Source: a virus
Lineage: Duplodnaviria > Heunggongvirae > Uroviricota > Caudoviricetes
IMG/VR virus record: IMGVR_UViG_2925891887_000002
Strand: one strand, 5' to 3'
Length of the DNA: 58,711 nucleotides
The position numbers were made by a program, and so were the translations under genes. Numbering within the stretch: the stretch's first letter is position 1; each line of letters begins with the position of its first letter. The notes below the pieces were generated by a model. That model was given only the letters and a program-made list of their open reading frames with translations. It was not told the DNA's origin and ran no database searches. Of this stretch, positions 46,117 through 57,427 are shown piece by piece.

Positions 46117-46410
46117 TCAGAACTCCATCTGGATTTGTTCAGAACGCTCGGTTGCCGCCGGGCGTTTTTTATTGGTGAGAATCGCAGCAACTTGTCGCGC
46201 CAATCGAGCCATGTCGTCGTCAACGATCCCCCATTCAAGAACAGCAAGCAGCATTGAGAACTTGGGAATCCAGTCTCTCTTCCACCTGCTGATCTGCGAC
46301 TTATCAACTCCCACAGCTTCCGCTGTCTTCTCAGTTCCAAGCATTGCGATTTTGTTAAGCAACGCACTCTCGATTCGTAGTGCCTCGTTGCGTTTGTTTG
46401 CACGAACCAT
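46117..46410 (-). CDS. cII: Transcriptional activator cII
   Basis: 97 aa from MVRANKRNEALRIES, lambda cII match. Confidence 0.9.
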   Translation of the reverse strand: MVRANKRNEALRIESALLNKIAMLGTEKTAEAVGVDKSQISRWKRDWIPKFSMLLAVLEWGIVDDDMARLARQVAAILTNKKRPAATERSEQIQMEF

Positions 46411-46489
46411 ATGTAAGTATTTCCTTAGATAACAATTGATTGAATGTATGCAAATAAATGCATACACCATAGGTGTGGTTTAATTGGAT

Positions 46490-46521
46490 GCCCTTTTTCA
46501 GGGCTGTGATGTGTAAGAGCG
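46490..46521 (-). promoter_or_regulatory. nutR (boxA and boxB)
   Basis: boxB hairpin GCCCTGAAAAAGGGC and boxA-like CGCTCTTACAC on the minus strand. Confidence 0.75.
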
Positions 46522-46528
46522 GTGTTAT

Positions 46529-46738
<210 letters not shown>

Positions 46739-46755
46739 TTAGTACATGCAATTAT

Positions 46756-46819
46756 TATCACCGCTAGAGGTAAAACAGTCAACACGCACGGTGTTAGATA
46801 TTTATCCCTTGCGGTGATA
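46756..46819. promoter_or_regulatory. Right operator OR1-OR2-OR3 with PR and PRM
   Basis: 17-bp sites at 46756, 46780 and 46803; OR1 differs from my recollection of lambda by one base. Confidence 0.85.
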
Positions 46820-46826
46820 GATTTAA

Positions 46827-47543
<717 letters not shown>

Positions 47544-47593
47544 TGATAAGTCGCCGAGATGCTCGTAGAGCATACAGCGATGCAGGAGAATTT

Positions 47594-48028
47594 ATGGCAC
47601 TTAATTTAGAAAGAATATCTTTTATAACCCCATTTGATAGCAGCGAAGAACCCAACCAACCGACGCTTAATTTTACATGCAATGAATTTCCTGCGCGGCT
47701 ATCAATTGATTTCAGGGTTGGTATGATCGGGTTGAAACCAAATTCAAGATATAATTTGGGTATTATGGTAATCCCCGCGCACCTAATTATAAAAAAAGGT
47801 GAGGAAATTCAATTCCCTGACGGCTCTTCGGAATCAGTTTCACTTTTCATCGATACGAAAGATAGCCATTTTGAAACAGGGGTTGGCGGACAGGTAATAG
47901 TAACATTGAAAGAAATTAGGGTCCCAGCTAAAGGGCTGTATAGTGTTATAGGGAGATTGCAAGATAATGAAGACCCTAAAAATGAACTTCATAAAAATGA
48001 ATCATTTTTCACCGTAGAGCTATTATGA
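47594..48028 (+). CDS. Hypothetical protein, first gene of the cassette in the rexA position
   Basis: 144 aa from ATG 47594 with AGGAGA Shine-Dalgarno (track ORF starts at 47540); no resemblance to RexA. Confidence 0.6.
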   Translation: MALNLERISFITPFDSSEEPNQPTLNFTCNEFPARLSIDFRVGMIGLKPNSRYNLGIMVIPAHLIIKKGEEIQFPDGSSESVSLFIDTKDSHFETGVGGQVIVTLKEIRVPAKGLYSVIGRLQDNEDPKNELHKNESFFTVELL

Positions 48029-48466
48029 GTGACGACAGCAATTTAAATAATCATGGAAAGCAAGACACCAACATATCTGAAAGCCGGAGGTTGAAGGTTG
48101 TTGGCGGTTCCGATTTTGAGGCTGAATTTGATAATTCTCCCACCAAGGTGCAAAATAATTACATAAAACCGCCACAAACGGAGGAAGAAGTGGGAACGAT
48201 CAGCAGAGAGGAACTTGATGCTCGCTTAGCTGCTAATAAAGCAGAGATGGAGTCTATTGCTTCTTCCATTAGGGCTGACATGGCTCTATCTCGTGAAAGC
48301 GTTAATGTCCAATTTGCATCACTTAATGCGGCCATAAGCTCTCTATCGTCCAAGATCGATGGAAAAATGGATAGCGCTGCTGGCGATTTAAAAGCAATTA
48401 ATGGGAGATTCGGTGATGCTGCCAACTTACTGATTTAGTGTATGATGGTGTTTTTGAGGTGCTCCA

Positions 48467-48742
48467 GTGGCTTCTGTTTCTATCAGCTGTCCCTCCTGTT
48501 CAGCTACTGACGGGGTGGTGCGTAACGGCAAAAGCACCGCCGGACATCAGCGCTATCTCTGCTCTCACTGCCGTAAAACATGGCAACTGCAGTTCACTTA
48601 CACCGCTTCTCAACCCGGTACGCACCAGAAAATCATTGATATGGCCATGAATGGCGTTGGATGCCGGGCAACTGCCCGCATTATGGGCGTTGGCCTCAAC
48701 ACGATTTTACGTCACTTAAAAAACTCAGGCCGCAGTCGGTAA
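48467..48742 (+). CDS. insA: IS1 InsA
   Basis: 91 aa, InsA match. Confidence 0.9.
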
Positions 48743-49164
48743 CCTCGCGCATACAGCCGGGCAGTGACGTCATCGTCTGCGCGGAAATGGACGAACAGTG
48801 GGGCTATGTCGGGGCTAAATCGCGCCAGCGCTGGCTGTTTTACGCGTATGACAGGCTCCGGAAGACGGTTGTTGCGCACGTATTCGGTGAACGCACTATG
48901 GCGACGCTGGGGCGTCTTATGAGCCTGCTGTCACCCTTTGACGTGGTGATATGGATGACGGATGGCTGGCCGCTGTATGAATCCCGCCTGAAGGGAAAGC
49001 TGCACGTAATCAGCAAGCGATATACGCAGCGAATTGAGCGGCATAACCTGAATCTGAGGCAGCACCTGGCACGGCTGGGACGGAAGTCGCTGTCGTTCTC
49101 AAAATCGGTGGAGCTGCATGACAAAGTCATCGGGCATTATCTGAACATAAAACACTATCAATAA
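48661..49164 (+). CDS. insB: IS1 InsB frame (expressed as InsAB' by -1 frameshift)
   Basis: InsB match; A6C slippery motif TTAAAAAACTC at about 48716. Confidence 0.85.
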
Positions 49165-49422
49165 GTTGGAGTCATTACCGGGAGATTCGAAGGAATTCAA
49201 GGACAAATAACAGGGGTTAATACCGCAATTAGTGGTGTTCAGTCGGGTATTTCTATACGATTAGCCATTTTTAGTGTCATTATCGCTGTAATAGTTGCGA
49301 TTCCCGGGCTGGTATCAGCTTTAAAGTCAGACCACGCACCTTTGCAACAGCCTTCCACTTTGCAAGCGCCGCCACAAAATACCCAGCCAACAGACAACAA
49401 AAAAATCACTCCCCAGCATTAA

Positions 49423-49448
49423 CCCGGCCTCAGCGCCGGTTTTTCTTT
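49423..49448 (+). terminator. Putative terminator after the immunity-region cassette
   Basis: CCGGC..GCCGG hairpin followed by TTTTT. Confidence 0.45.
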
Positions 49449-49605
49449 GCCTCACGATCGCCCCACCTAAAAACACATAACCAATTGTATTTATTGGAAA
49501 ATAAATAGATACAACTCACTAAACAACGCAATTCTGATCTCTCCTTACATCGCCGAGGCAATACACTCACTCGAAAAAATAAATCCATATAAAAAACATA
49601 CAGAT

Positions 49606-49666
49606 AACCATTTGCGGTGATAAAATATCTCTAGCGGTGTTGACACAAATACCACTAGCGGTGATA
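49606..49666. promoter_or_regulatory. Left operator OL3-OL2-OL1 with PL
   Basis: 17-bp sites at 49606, 49626 and 49650 resembling lambda OL. Confidence 0.8.
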
Positions 49667-49708
49667 CTTAGCCCGTCAGCAGGACGCACTAACCACCATT
49701 GAAGGTGA

Positions 49709-49739
49709 GGCTCTTAAAAATTTAGCCCTGAAGAAGGGC
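49709..49739 (+). promoter_or_regulatory. nutL (boxA and boxB)
   Basis: GCTCTTAAA then GCCCTGAAGAAGGGC. Confidence 0.8.
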
Positions 49740-49849
49740 AGCATTCAAAGCAGAAAGCTTTGAGTAGCGCGAAATGCAGCTGCAAGACAGCAACCGTGGG
49801 GATAAGCATCACGGCGCGTTACTCAAAGCTAACTGACAGGAGAATCCAG

Positions 49850-50747
<898 letters not shown>

Positions 50748-50869
50748 TTAAAAGACAGGCACAATCTTTACTACCGCAATCCACTATTTAAGGTGATATA
50801 TGGAAGAAGAATTTGAAGAGTTCGAAGAGCATCCTCAGGATGTGATGGAACAATACCAGGACTATCCGT

Positions 50870-51070
50870 ATGACTACGACTATTGATAAAAATCAATGGT
50901 GTGGACAATTCAAGCGATGCAATGGATGCAAGCTGCAATCGAAATGCATGGTTAAGCCTGAAGAAATGTTTCCTGTAATGGAAGATGGGAAATATGTCGA
51001 TAAATGGGCAATACGAACGACGGCAATGATTGCCAGAGAACTTGGTAAACAGAACAACAAAGCTGCCTGA
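50870..51070 (+). CDS. ral: Restriction alleviation protein Ral
   Basis: 66 aa, lambda Ral match. Confidence 0.85.
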   Translation: MTTTIDKNQWCGQFKRCNGCKLQSKCMVKPEEMFPVMEDGKYVDKWAIRTTAMIARELGKQNNKAA

Positions 51071-51252
51071 TAGTGGCCTTTATTTTTGGCATAAATAACA
51101 GAATAAACACTGCACTGTGTATTCATTCCAACGAGTGAATACACGGAGCAATGTCGCTCGTAACTAAACAGGAGCCGACTTGTTCTGATTATTGGAAATC
51201 TTCTTTGCCCTCCAATGTGAGGGCGATTTTTTATCTGTGAGGATATGAACAG

Positions 51253-51621
51253 ATGTCAAACATCAAAAAATACATCATTGATTACGACTGGAAAGCATCA
51301 ATAGAAATTGAAATCGACCATGACGTAATGACAGAGGAAAAACTTCACCAGATTAATAATTTCTGGTCAGACTCTGAATACCGACTCAATAAACACGGCT
51401 CTTTATTAAATGCTGTATTAATCATGCTGGCGCAACATGCTCTGCTTATAGCAATTTCGAAAGACTTAAATGCATATGGTGTTGTTTGTGAGTTCGACTG
51501 GGATGATGGAAATGGTCAGGAAGGATGGCCTCCAATGGATGGAGGTGAAGGAATAAGAATTACCGATATCGATACATCAGGAATATTTGATTCAGATGAT
51601 ATGACTATCAAGGCCGTCTGA
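51253..51621 (+). CDS. Ea10-like early protein
   Basis: 122 aa, resembles lambda Ea10 as recalled. Confidence 0.65.
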   Translation: MSNIKKYIIDYDWKASIEIEIDHDVMTEEKLHQINNFWSDSEYRLNKHGSLLNAVLIMLAQHALLIAISKDLNAYGVVCEFDWDDGNGQEGWPPMDGGEGIRITDIDTSGIFDSDDMTIKAV

Positions 51622-51693
51622 GTGCGGTTTTACCGCATACCAATAACGCTTCACTCGAGGCGTTTTTCGTTATGTATAAATAAGGAGCACACC

Positions 51694-51858
51694 ATGCAAT
51701 ATGCCATTGCAGGGTGGCCTGTTGCTGGCTGCCCTTCCGAATCTTTACTTGAACGAATCACCCGTAAATTACGTGACGGATGGAAACGCCTTATCGACAT
51801 ACTTAATCAGCCAGGAGTCCCAAAGAATGGATCAAACACTTATGGCTATCCAGACTAA
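51694..51858 (+). CDS. cIII: cIII
   Basis: 54 aa from MQYAIAGWPVAGCPSES, lambda cIII match. Confidence 0.9.
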   Translation: MQYAIAGWPVAGCPSESLLERITRKLRDGWKRLIDILNQPGVPKNGSNTYGYPD

Positions 51859-51970
51859 ATTCACTATCGCCACTTTTATTGGCGATGAAAAGATGTTTCG
51901 TGAAGCCGTCGACGCTTATAAAAAATGGATATTAATGCTGAAACTGAGATCAAGCAAAAGCATTCACTAA
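51827..51970 (+). CDS. kil: Kil
   Basis: 47 aa from [12 protein letters not shown], lambda Kil match. Confidence 0.8.
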   Translation: MDQTLMAIQTKFTIATFIGDEKMFREAVDAYKKWILMLKLRSSKSIH

Positions 51971-52341
51971 CCCCCTTTCCTGTTTTCCTAATCAGCTTGG
52001 CATTTCGCGGGCGATATTTTCACAGCTATTTCAGGAGTTCAGCCATGAACGCTTATTACATTCAGGATCGTCTTGAGGCTCAGAGCTGGGCGCGTCACTA
52101 CCAGCAGATCGCCCGTGAAGAGAAAGAGGCAGAACTGGCAGACGACATGGAAAAAGGCCTGCCCCAGCACCTGTTTGAATCGCTATGCATCGATCATTTG
52201 CAACGCCACGGGGCCAGCAAAAAAGCCATTACCCGTGCGTTTGATGACGATGTTGAGTTTCAGGAGCGCATGGCAGAACACATCCGGTACATGGTTGAAA
52301 CCATTGCTCACCACCAGGTTGATATTGATTCAGAGGTATAA
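51925..52341 (+). CDS. gam: Gam (RecBCD inhibitor)
   Basis: 138 aa, lambda Gam match. Confidence 0.95.
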   Translation: MDINAETEIKQKHSLTPFPVFLISLAFRGRYFHSYFRSSAMNAYYIQDRLEAQSWARHYQQIAREEKEAELADDMEKGLPQHLFESLCIDHLQRHGASKKAITRAFDDDVEFQERMAEHIRYMVETIAHHQVDIDSEV

Positions 52342-52346
52342 AACGG

Positions 52347-53132
52347 ATGAGTACAGCACTCGCAACGCTGGCAGGGAAGCTGGCTGAACGTGTCGGCATG
52401 GATTCTGTCGACCCACAGGAACTGATCACCACTCTTCGCCAGACGGCATTTAAAGGCGATGCCAGCGATGCGCAGTTCATCGCATTGCTGATCGTCGCCA
52501 ACCAGTACGGCCTTAATCCGTGGACGAAAGAAATTTACGCCTTTCCTGACAAGCAGAACGGCATCGTTCCGGTGGTGGGCGTTGATGGCTGGTCCCGCAT
52601 CATCAATGAAAACCAGCAGTTTGATGGCATGGACTTTGAGCAGGACAATGAATCCTGTACATGCCGGATTTACCGCAAGGACCGCAATCATCCGATCTGC
52701 GTTACCGAATGGATGGATGAATGCCGCCGCGAACCATTCAAAACCCGCGAAGGCAGAGAAATCACGGGGCCGTGGCAGTCGCATCCCAAACGGATGTTAC
52801 GGCATAAAGCCATGATTCAGTGTGCCCGTCTCGCCTTCGGATTTGCTGGTATCTATGACAAGGATGAAGCCGAGCGCATTGTCGAAAATACCGCATACAC
52901 TGCAGAACGTCAGCCGGAACGCGACATCACTCCGGTTAACGATGAAACCATGCAGGAGATTAACACTCTGCTGATCGCCCTGGATAAAACATGGGATGAC
53001 GACTTATTGCCGCTCTGTTCCCAGATATTTCGCCGCGACATTCGTGCATCGTCAGAACTGACACAGGCCGAAGCAGTGAAAGCTCTTGGATTCCTGAAAC
53101 AAAAAGCCACTGAGCAGAAGGTGGCAGCATGA
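52347..53132 (+). CDS. bet: Recombinase Bet
   Basis: 261 aa, lambda Bet match. Confidence 0.95.
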   Translation: MSTALATLAGKLAERVGMDSVDPQELITTLRQTAFKGDASDAQFIALLIVANQYGLNPWTKEIYAFPDKQNGIVPVVGVDGWSRIINENQQFDGMDFEQDNESCTCRIYRKDRNHPICVTEWMDECRREPFKTREGREITGPWQSHPKRMLRHKAMIQCARLAFGFAGIYDKDEAERIVENTAYTAERQPERDITPVNDETMQEINTLLIALDKTWDDDLLPLCSQIFRRDIRASSELTQAEAVKALGFLKQKATEQKVAA

Positions 53133-53809
53133 CACCGGACATTATCCTGCAGCGTACCGGGATCGACGTGAGAGCTGTCGAACAGGGGGATGATGCATGG
53201 CACAAATTACGGCTCGGCGTCATCACCGCTTCAGAAGTTCACAACGTGATAGCAAAGCCCCGCTCAGGAAAGAAGTGGCCTGACATGAAAATGTCCTACT
53301 TCCACACCCTGCTTGCCGAGGTTTGCACCGGTGTGGCTCCGGAAGTTAACGCTAAAGCACTGGCCTGGGGAAAACAGTACGAGAACGACGCCAGAACCCT
53401 GTTTGAGTTCACTTCCGGCGTGAATGTTATTGAATCCCCGATCATCTATCGCGACGAAAGTATGCGTACCGCCTGCTCTCCCGATGGTTTATGCAGTGAC
53501 GGCAATGGCCTTGAGCTGAAATGCCCGTTTACCTCCCGGGATTTCATGAAGTTCCGGCTCGGTGGTTTCGAGGCCATAAAGTCGGCTTACATGGCCCAGG
53601 TGCAGTACAGCATGTGGGTGACACGAAAAGATGCCTGGTACTTTGCCAACTATGACCCACGTATGAAGCGTGAAGGACTGCATTATGTCGTGGTTGAGCG
53701 GGATGAAAAGTACATGGCGAGTTTTGACGAGATGGTGCCGGAGTTCATCGAAAAAATGGACGAGGCACTGGCTGAAATTGGTTTTGTATTTGGGGAGCAA
53801 TGGCGATGA
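53129..53809 (+). CDS. exo: Lambda exonuclease Exo
   Basis: 226 aa, lambda Exo match. Confidence 0.95.
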   Translation: MTPDIILQRTGIDVRAVEQGDDAWHKLRLGVITASEVHNVIAKPRSGKKWPDMKMSYFHTLLAEVCTGVAPEVNAKALAWGKQYENDARTLFEFTSGVNVIESPIIYRDESMRTACSPDGLCSDGNGLELKCPFTSRDFMKFRLGGFEAIKSAYMAQVQYSMWVTRKDAWYFANYDPRMKREGLHYVVVERDEKYMASFDEMVPEFIEKMDEALAEIGFVFGEQWR

Positions 53810-53988
53810 AGCATCCTCACGATAATATCCGGGTAGGTGCGATCACTTTCGTCTACTCCGTTACAAAGCGAGGCTGGGTATTTCCCGGCCTTTCTGTTAT
53901 CAGAAATCCCCTGAAAGCACAGCGGCTGGCTGAGGAGATAAATAATAAACGGGGAGCTGTATGCACAAAGCATCTCCCGTTGAGTTAA
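53800..53988 (+). CDS. Lambda orf60a-like protein
   Basis: 62-aa ORF in lambda position. Confidence 0.6.
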   Translation: MAMKHPHDNIRVGAITFVYSVTKRGWVFPGLSVIRNPLKAQRLAEEINNKRGAVCTKHLPLS

Positions 53989-54152
53989 GAACGAGTATCG
54001 AGATGGCACATAGCCTCGCTCAAATTGGAGTCAGGTTTGTGCCAATACCAGTAGAAACAGACGAAGAATTTCATACGTTAGCCGCATCCCTTTCACAAAA
54101 GCTGGAAATGATGGTGGCGAAAGCAGAAGCAGATGAGAGAGACCAGGTATGA
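53961..54152 (+). CDS. Lambda orf63-like protein
   Basis: 63-aa ORF. Confidence 0.65.
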   Translation: MHKASPVELRTSIEMAHSLAQIGVRFVPIPVETDEEFHTLAASLSQKLEMMVAKAEADERDQV

Positions 54153-54228
54153 CAACCACTGAATGCATTTTTCTGGCAGCGGGCTTCATATTCTGTGTGC
54201 TTATGCTTGCCGACATGGGGCTTGTTCA

Positions 54229-54444
54229 ATGACACCTCAGCAAGAAAACGCCCTTCGCAGCATTGCCCGTCAGGCTAATTCTGAAATCAAAAAAGCCAGA
54301 CAGCAGTTTCCGGATAAAAACGTCGATGACATTTGCCGTAGCGTACTAAAGAAGCACCGCGAAACGGTAACGCTGATGGGATTCACACCGACTCATTTAA
54401 GCCTGGCGATCGGCATGTTGAACGGCGTCTTTAAGGAACGGTGA
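54229..54444 (+). CDS. Lambda orf61-like protein
   Basis: Start chosen at MTPQQENALRS inside the track ORF 54163..54444. Confidence 0.55.
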   Translation: MTPQQENALRSIARQANSEIKKARQQFPDKNVDDICRSVLKKHRETVTLMGFTPTHLSLAIGMLNGVFKER

Positions 54445-54542
54445 ACATGAAAAGCAAAATCATCAGGGAGCTACAGGCTCCTTTTTTATTATTCGCATTC
54501 ACCCTCAAGCGTATTAACCAACAATTCAGGGATTAATGAAAG

Positions 54543-54764
54543 ATGGCAGACATAATTGATTCAACATCAGAAATTGAAGAATTACAGCGCAACACAGCAA
54601 TAAAAATGCGCCGCCTGAACCACCAGGCTATATCTGCCACTCATTGTTGTGAGTGTGGCGATCCGATAGATGAACGAAGACGCCTGGTCGTTCAGGGTTG
54701 TCGGACTTGTGCAAGTTGCCAGGAGGATCTGGAGCTTATCAGTAAACAGAGAGGTTCGAAGTGA
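54543..54764 (+). CDS. TraR/DksA-type C4 zinc-finger protein (lambda orf73-like)
   Basis: 73 aa with CxxC..CxxC. Confidence 0.7.
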   Translation: MADIIDSTSEIEELQRNTAIKMRRLNHQAISATHCCECGDPIDERRRLVVQGCRTCASCQEDLELISKQRGSK

Positions 54765-54974
54765 GCGAAATTAACTAGAAGCCAAAGATAAAATCATCGC
54801 TGAGCAGGAGAAAATCGCTAACGGAGAAAAGACAGTAAGTCAGTATATGAAAACCGCATGATATCATCAGATAAAAATCGGTCGTAAAGCGAAATATTAA
54901 TACCAGAACAAACGAGTCGAGGTAAATTATATTACCTCGATAAATTAACTAAAACTTGCCCGCTATATACTATA

Positions 54975-55577
54975 TCATTCAGTATCATCACGCGCGGTCT
55001 GTGCATATGTCACTACCGCACCTAATATATTAATTTTCTTTTCAACATAGATAATATTATCGTACTCATAATTGCCATACGGATAGCAAATGCGAATATT
55101 CTCATGTAGTTCGGGGTCATCCACCTCAGCTCCAGAACAACTTTTTGAACTACCGGAAGTATACCGATACGGTGCAACATAAGACGATGTCTCTCCAGGC
55201 AAAAAATAAGTTAGTGTCGTAAGGGGTATAATCAGAAAAAATCCAGCAAATATGCACATCCCTGCATAAACCTTAAGGTATGCTGACAGACTCTTCCAGC
55301 CTCTTTGTTTTACTATCCCCTTCTTAACCCAAAACAGAGATAACAGAAAAGCTATTCCCATGCTAAACAGAATGTAATAGTGGGATATACTCTGATTAAG
55401 AAACGTGACCCTGTAGATATCTGCCCGCCACCAGAAGAAAAGGAAAATAAAGATTAGCCCTGAAACTGTCATGCAAATCAAATAAGGATACGAATCTTTT
55501 TTCATGTTTAGCGCCCATAAAATTTTTCCTGACCCGGACAAATTTACCATCCATTTTTTGCGCAGAAAATAGCTCAT
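54975..55577 (-). CDS. Hypothetical polytopic membrane protein (AT-rich accessory gene)
   Basis: 200-aa ORF, several hydrophobic segments, opposite strand to the early operon. Confidence 0.55.
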   Translation of the reverse strand: MSYFLRKKWMVNLSGSGKILWALNMKKDSYPYLICMTVSGLIFIFLFFWWRADIYRVTFLNQSISHYYILFSMGIAFLLSLFWVKKGIVKQRGWKSLSAYLKVYAGMCIFAGFFLIIPLTTLTYFLPGETSSYVAPYRYTSGSSKSCSGAEVDDPELHENIRICYPYGNYEYDNIIYVEKKINILGAVVTYAQTARDDTE

Positions 55578-55819
55578 TACTTACTGCACAATAATACACA
55601 AAATTGCGTAAATTTTTTGCATGGATTTTAGCTCTTTCAGCCGAAATTTAAGGGGTAAATAGCATTTCCTAAAAGCAACTGCACCAACCCAACAGAATGG
55701 GCTACCGCTTACGTTGAGAGCAAAAAAGTGTATAGCAGCAATGAACAGCATCCTCGCACTGACGAGGATTTCTTTTATCTGAACTCGCTACGGCGGGTTT
55801 TGTTTTATGGAGATGATAA

Positions 55820-55987
55820 ATGCACTTCCGAGTCACAGGTGAATGGAATGGAGAACCATTCAACAGAGTTATCGAAGCCGAGAACATCAGCGACTGCTAT
55901 GACCACTGGATGCTGTGGGCGCAGATAGCACATGCAGACGTAACCAATATTCGAATTGAAGAACTGAAAGAACACCAAGCCGCCTGA
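55820..55987 (+). CDS. Lambda orf55-like small protein
   Basis: 55-aa ORF upstream of xis (below track threshold). Confidence 0.5.
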   Translation: MHFRVTGEWNGEPFNRVIEAENISDCYDHWMLWAQIAHADVTNIRIEELKEHQAA

Positions 55988-56000
55988 TGGCGGTTTTTTC
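55979..56000 (+). terminator. Putative rho-independent terminator
   Basis: CCGCC..GGCGG hairpin followed by TTTTTT. Confidence 0.45.
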
Positions 56001-56026
56001 TTGCGTGTAATTGCGGAGACTTTGCG

Positions 56027-56245
56027 ATGTACTTGACACTTCAGGAGTGGAACGCACGCCAGCGACGCCCAAGAAGCCTTGAAACAGTTCGTCGATGGGT
56101 ACGCGAGTGCAGGATATTCCCTCCTCCGGTTAAGGATGGAAGAGAGTATCTGTTCCACGAATCAGCGGTAAAGGTTGACTTAAATCGACCAGTAACAGGT
56201 AGCCTTTTGAAGAGGATCAGAAATGGGAAGAAGGCGAAGTCATGA
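56027..56245 (+). CDS. xis: Excisionase Xis
   Basis: 72 aa, lambda Xis match. Confidence 0.95.
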   Translation: MYLTLQEWNARQRRPRSLETVRRWVRECRIFPPPVKDGREYLFHESAVKVDLNRPVTGSLLKRIRNGKKAKS

Positions 56246-57293
56246 GCGCCGGGATTTACCCCCTAACCTTTATATAAGAAACAATGGATATTACTGCTAC
56301 AGGGACCCAAGGACGGGTAAAGAGTTTGGATTAGGCAGAGACAGGCGAATCGCAATCACTGAAGCCATACAGGCCAACATTGAGTTATTTTCAGGACACA
56401 AACACAAGCCTCTGACAGCGAGAATCAACAGTGATAATTCCGTTACGTTACATTCATGGCTTGATCGCTACGAAAAAATCCTGGCCAGCAGAGGAATCAA
56501 GCAGAAGACACTCATAAATTACATGAGCAAAATTAAAGCAATAAGGAGGGGTCTGCCTGATGCTCCACTTGAAGACATCACCACAAAAGAAATTGCGGCA
56601 ATGCTCAATGGATACATAGACGAGGGCAAGGCGGCGTCAGCCAAGTTAATCAGATCAACACTGAGCGATGCATTCCGAGAGGCAATAGCTGAAGGCCATA
56701 TAACAACAAACCCTGTCGCTGCCACTCGCGCAGCAAAATCAGAGGTAAGGAGATCAAGACTTACGGCTGACGAATACCTGAAAATTTATCAAGCAGCAGA
56801 ATCATCACCATGTTGGCTCAGACTTGCAATGGAACTGGCTGTTGTTACCGGGCAACGAGTTGGTGATTTATGCGAAATGAAGTGGTCTGATATCGTAGAT
56901 GGATATCTTTATGTCGAGCAAAGCAAAACAGGCGTAAAAATTGCCATCCCAACAGCATTGCATGTTGATGCTCTCGGAATATCAATGAAGGAAACACTTG
57001 ATAAATGCAAAGAGATTCTTGGCGGAGAAACCATAATTGCATCTACTCGTCGTGAACCGCTTTCATCCGGCACAGTATCAAGGTATTTTATGCGCGCACG
57101 AAAAGCATCAGGTCTTTCCTTCGAAGGGGATCCGCCTACCTTTCACGAGTTGCGCAGTTTGTCTGCAAGACTCTATGAGAAGCAGATAAGCGATAAGTTT
57201 GCTCAACATCTTCTCGGGCATAAGTCGGACACCATGGCATCACAGTATCGTGATGACAGAGGCAGGGAGTGGGACAAAATTGAAATCAAATAA
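56223..57293 (+). CDS. int: Lambda integrase Int
   Basis: 356 aa, lambda Int match. Confidence 0.95.
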   Translation: MGRRRSHERRDLPPNLYIRNNGYYCYRDPRTGKEFGLGRDRRIAITEAIQANIELFSGHKHKPLTARINSDNSVTLHSWLDRYEKILASRGIKQKTLINYMSKIKAIRRGLPDAPLEDITTKEIAAMLNGYIDEGKAASAKLIRSTLSDAFREAIAEGHITTNPVAATRAAKSEVRRSRLTADEYLKIYQAAESSPCWLRLAMELAVVTGQRVGDLCEMKWSDIVDGYLYVEQSKTGVKIAIPTALHVDALGISMKETLDKCKEILGGETIIASTRREPLSSGTVSRYFMRARKASGLSFEGDPPTFHELRSLSARLYEKQISDKFAQHLLGHKSDTMASQYRDDRGREWDKIEIK

Positions 57294-57381
57294 TGATTTT
57301 ATTTTGACTGATAGTGACCTGTTCGTTGCAACAAATTGATAAGCAATGCTTTTTTATAATGCCAACTTAGTATAAAAAAGC
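57294..57381. other. attL: lambda P' arm plus 15-bp core (TTAGTATAAAAAAGC at 57367..57381)
   Basis: Reverse complement of the lambda core GCTTTTTTATACTAA; P' arm sequence as recalled; junction to host DNA. Confidence 0.85.
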
Positions 57382-57427
57382 AGGCTTCAACGGATTCATT
57401 TTTCTATTTCATAGCCCGGAGCAACCT

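Larger units (their letters stand above)
48412..49179 (+). mobile_element. IS1 (768 bp) with 9-bp target duplication GGGAGATTC
   Basis: Ends GGTGATGCTGCCAACTTACTGAT and AAGTTGGAGTCATTACC; direct repeats at 48403..48411 and 49180..49188. Confidence 0.9.
48025..49422 (+). pseudogene. Coiled-coil protein with C-terminal transmembrane anchor, interrupted by IS1
   Basis: Native frame 48025..48411 continues at 49189..49422 (206 aa); hydrophobic segment ISIRLAIFSVIIAVIVAIPGLV. Confidence 0.6.

Noticed and set aside
52308-52784. 158-aa minus-strand ORF
   Set aside because: Antisense to gam and bet, which are confidently assigned.
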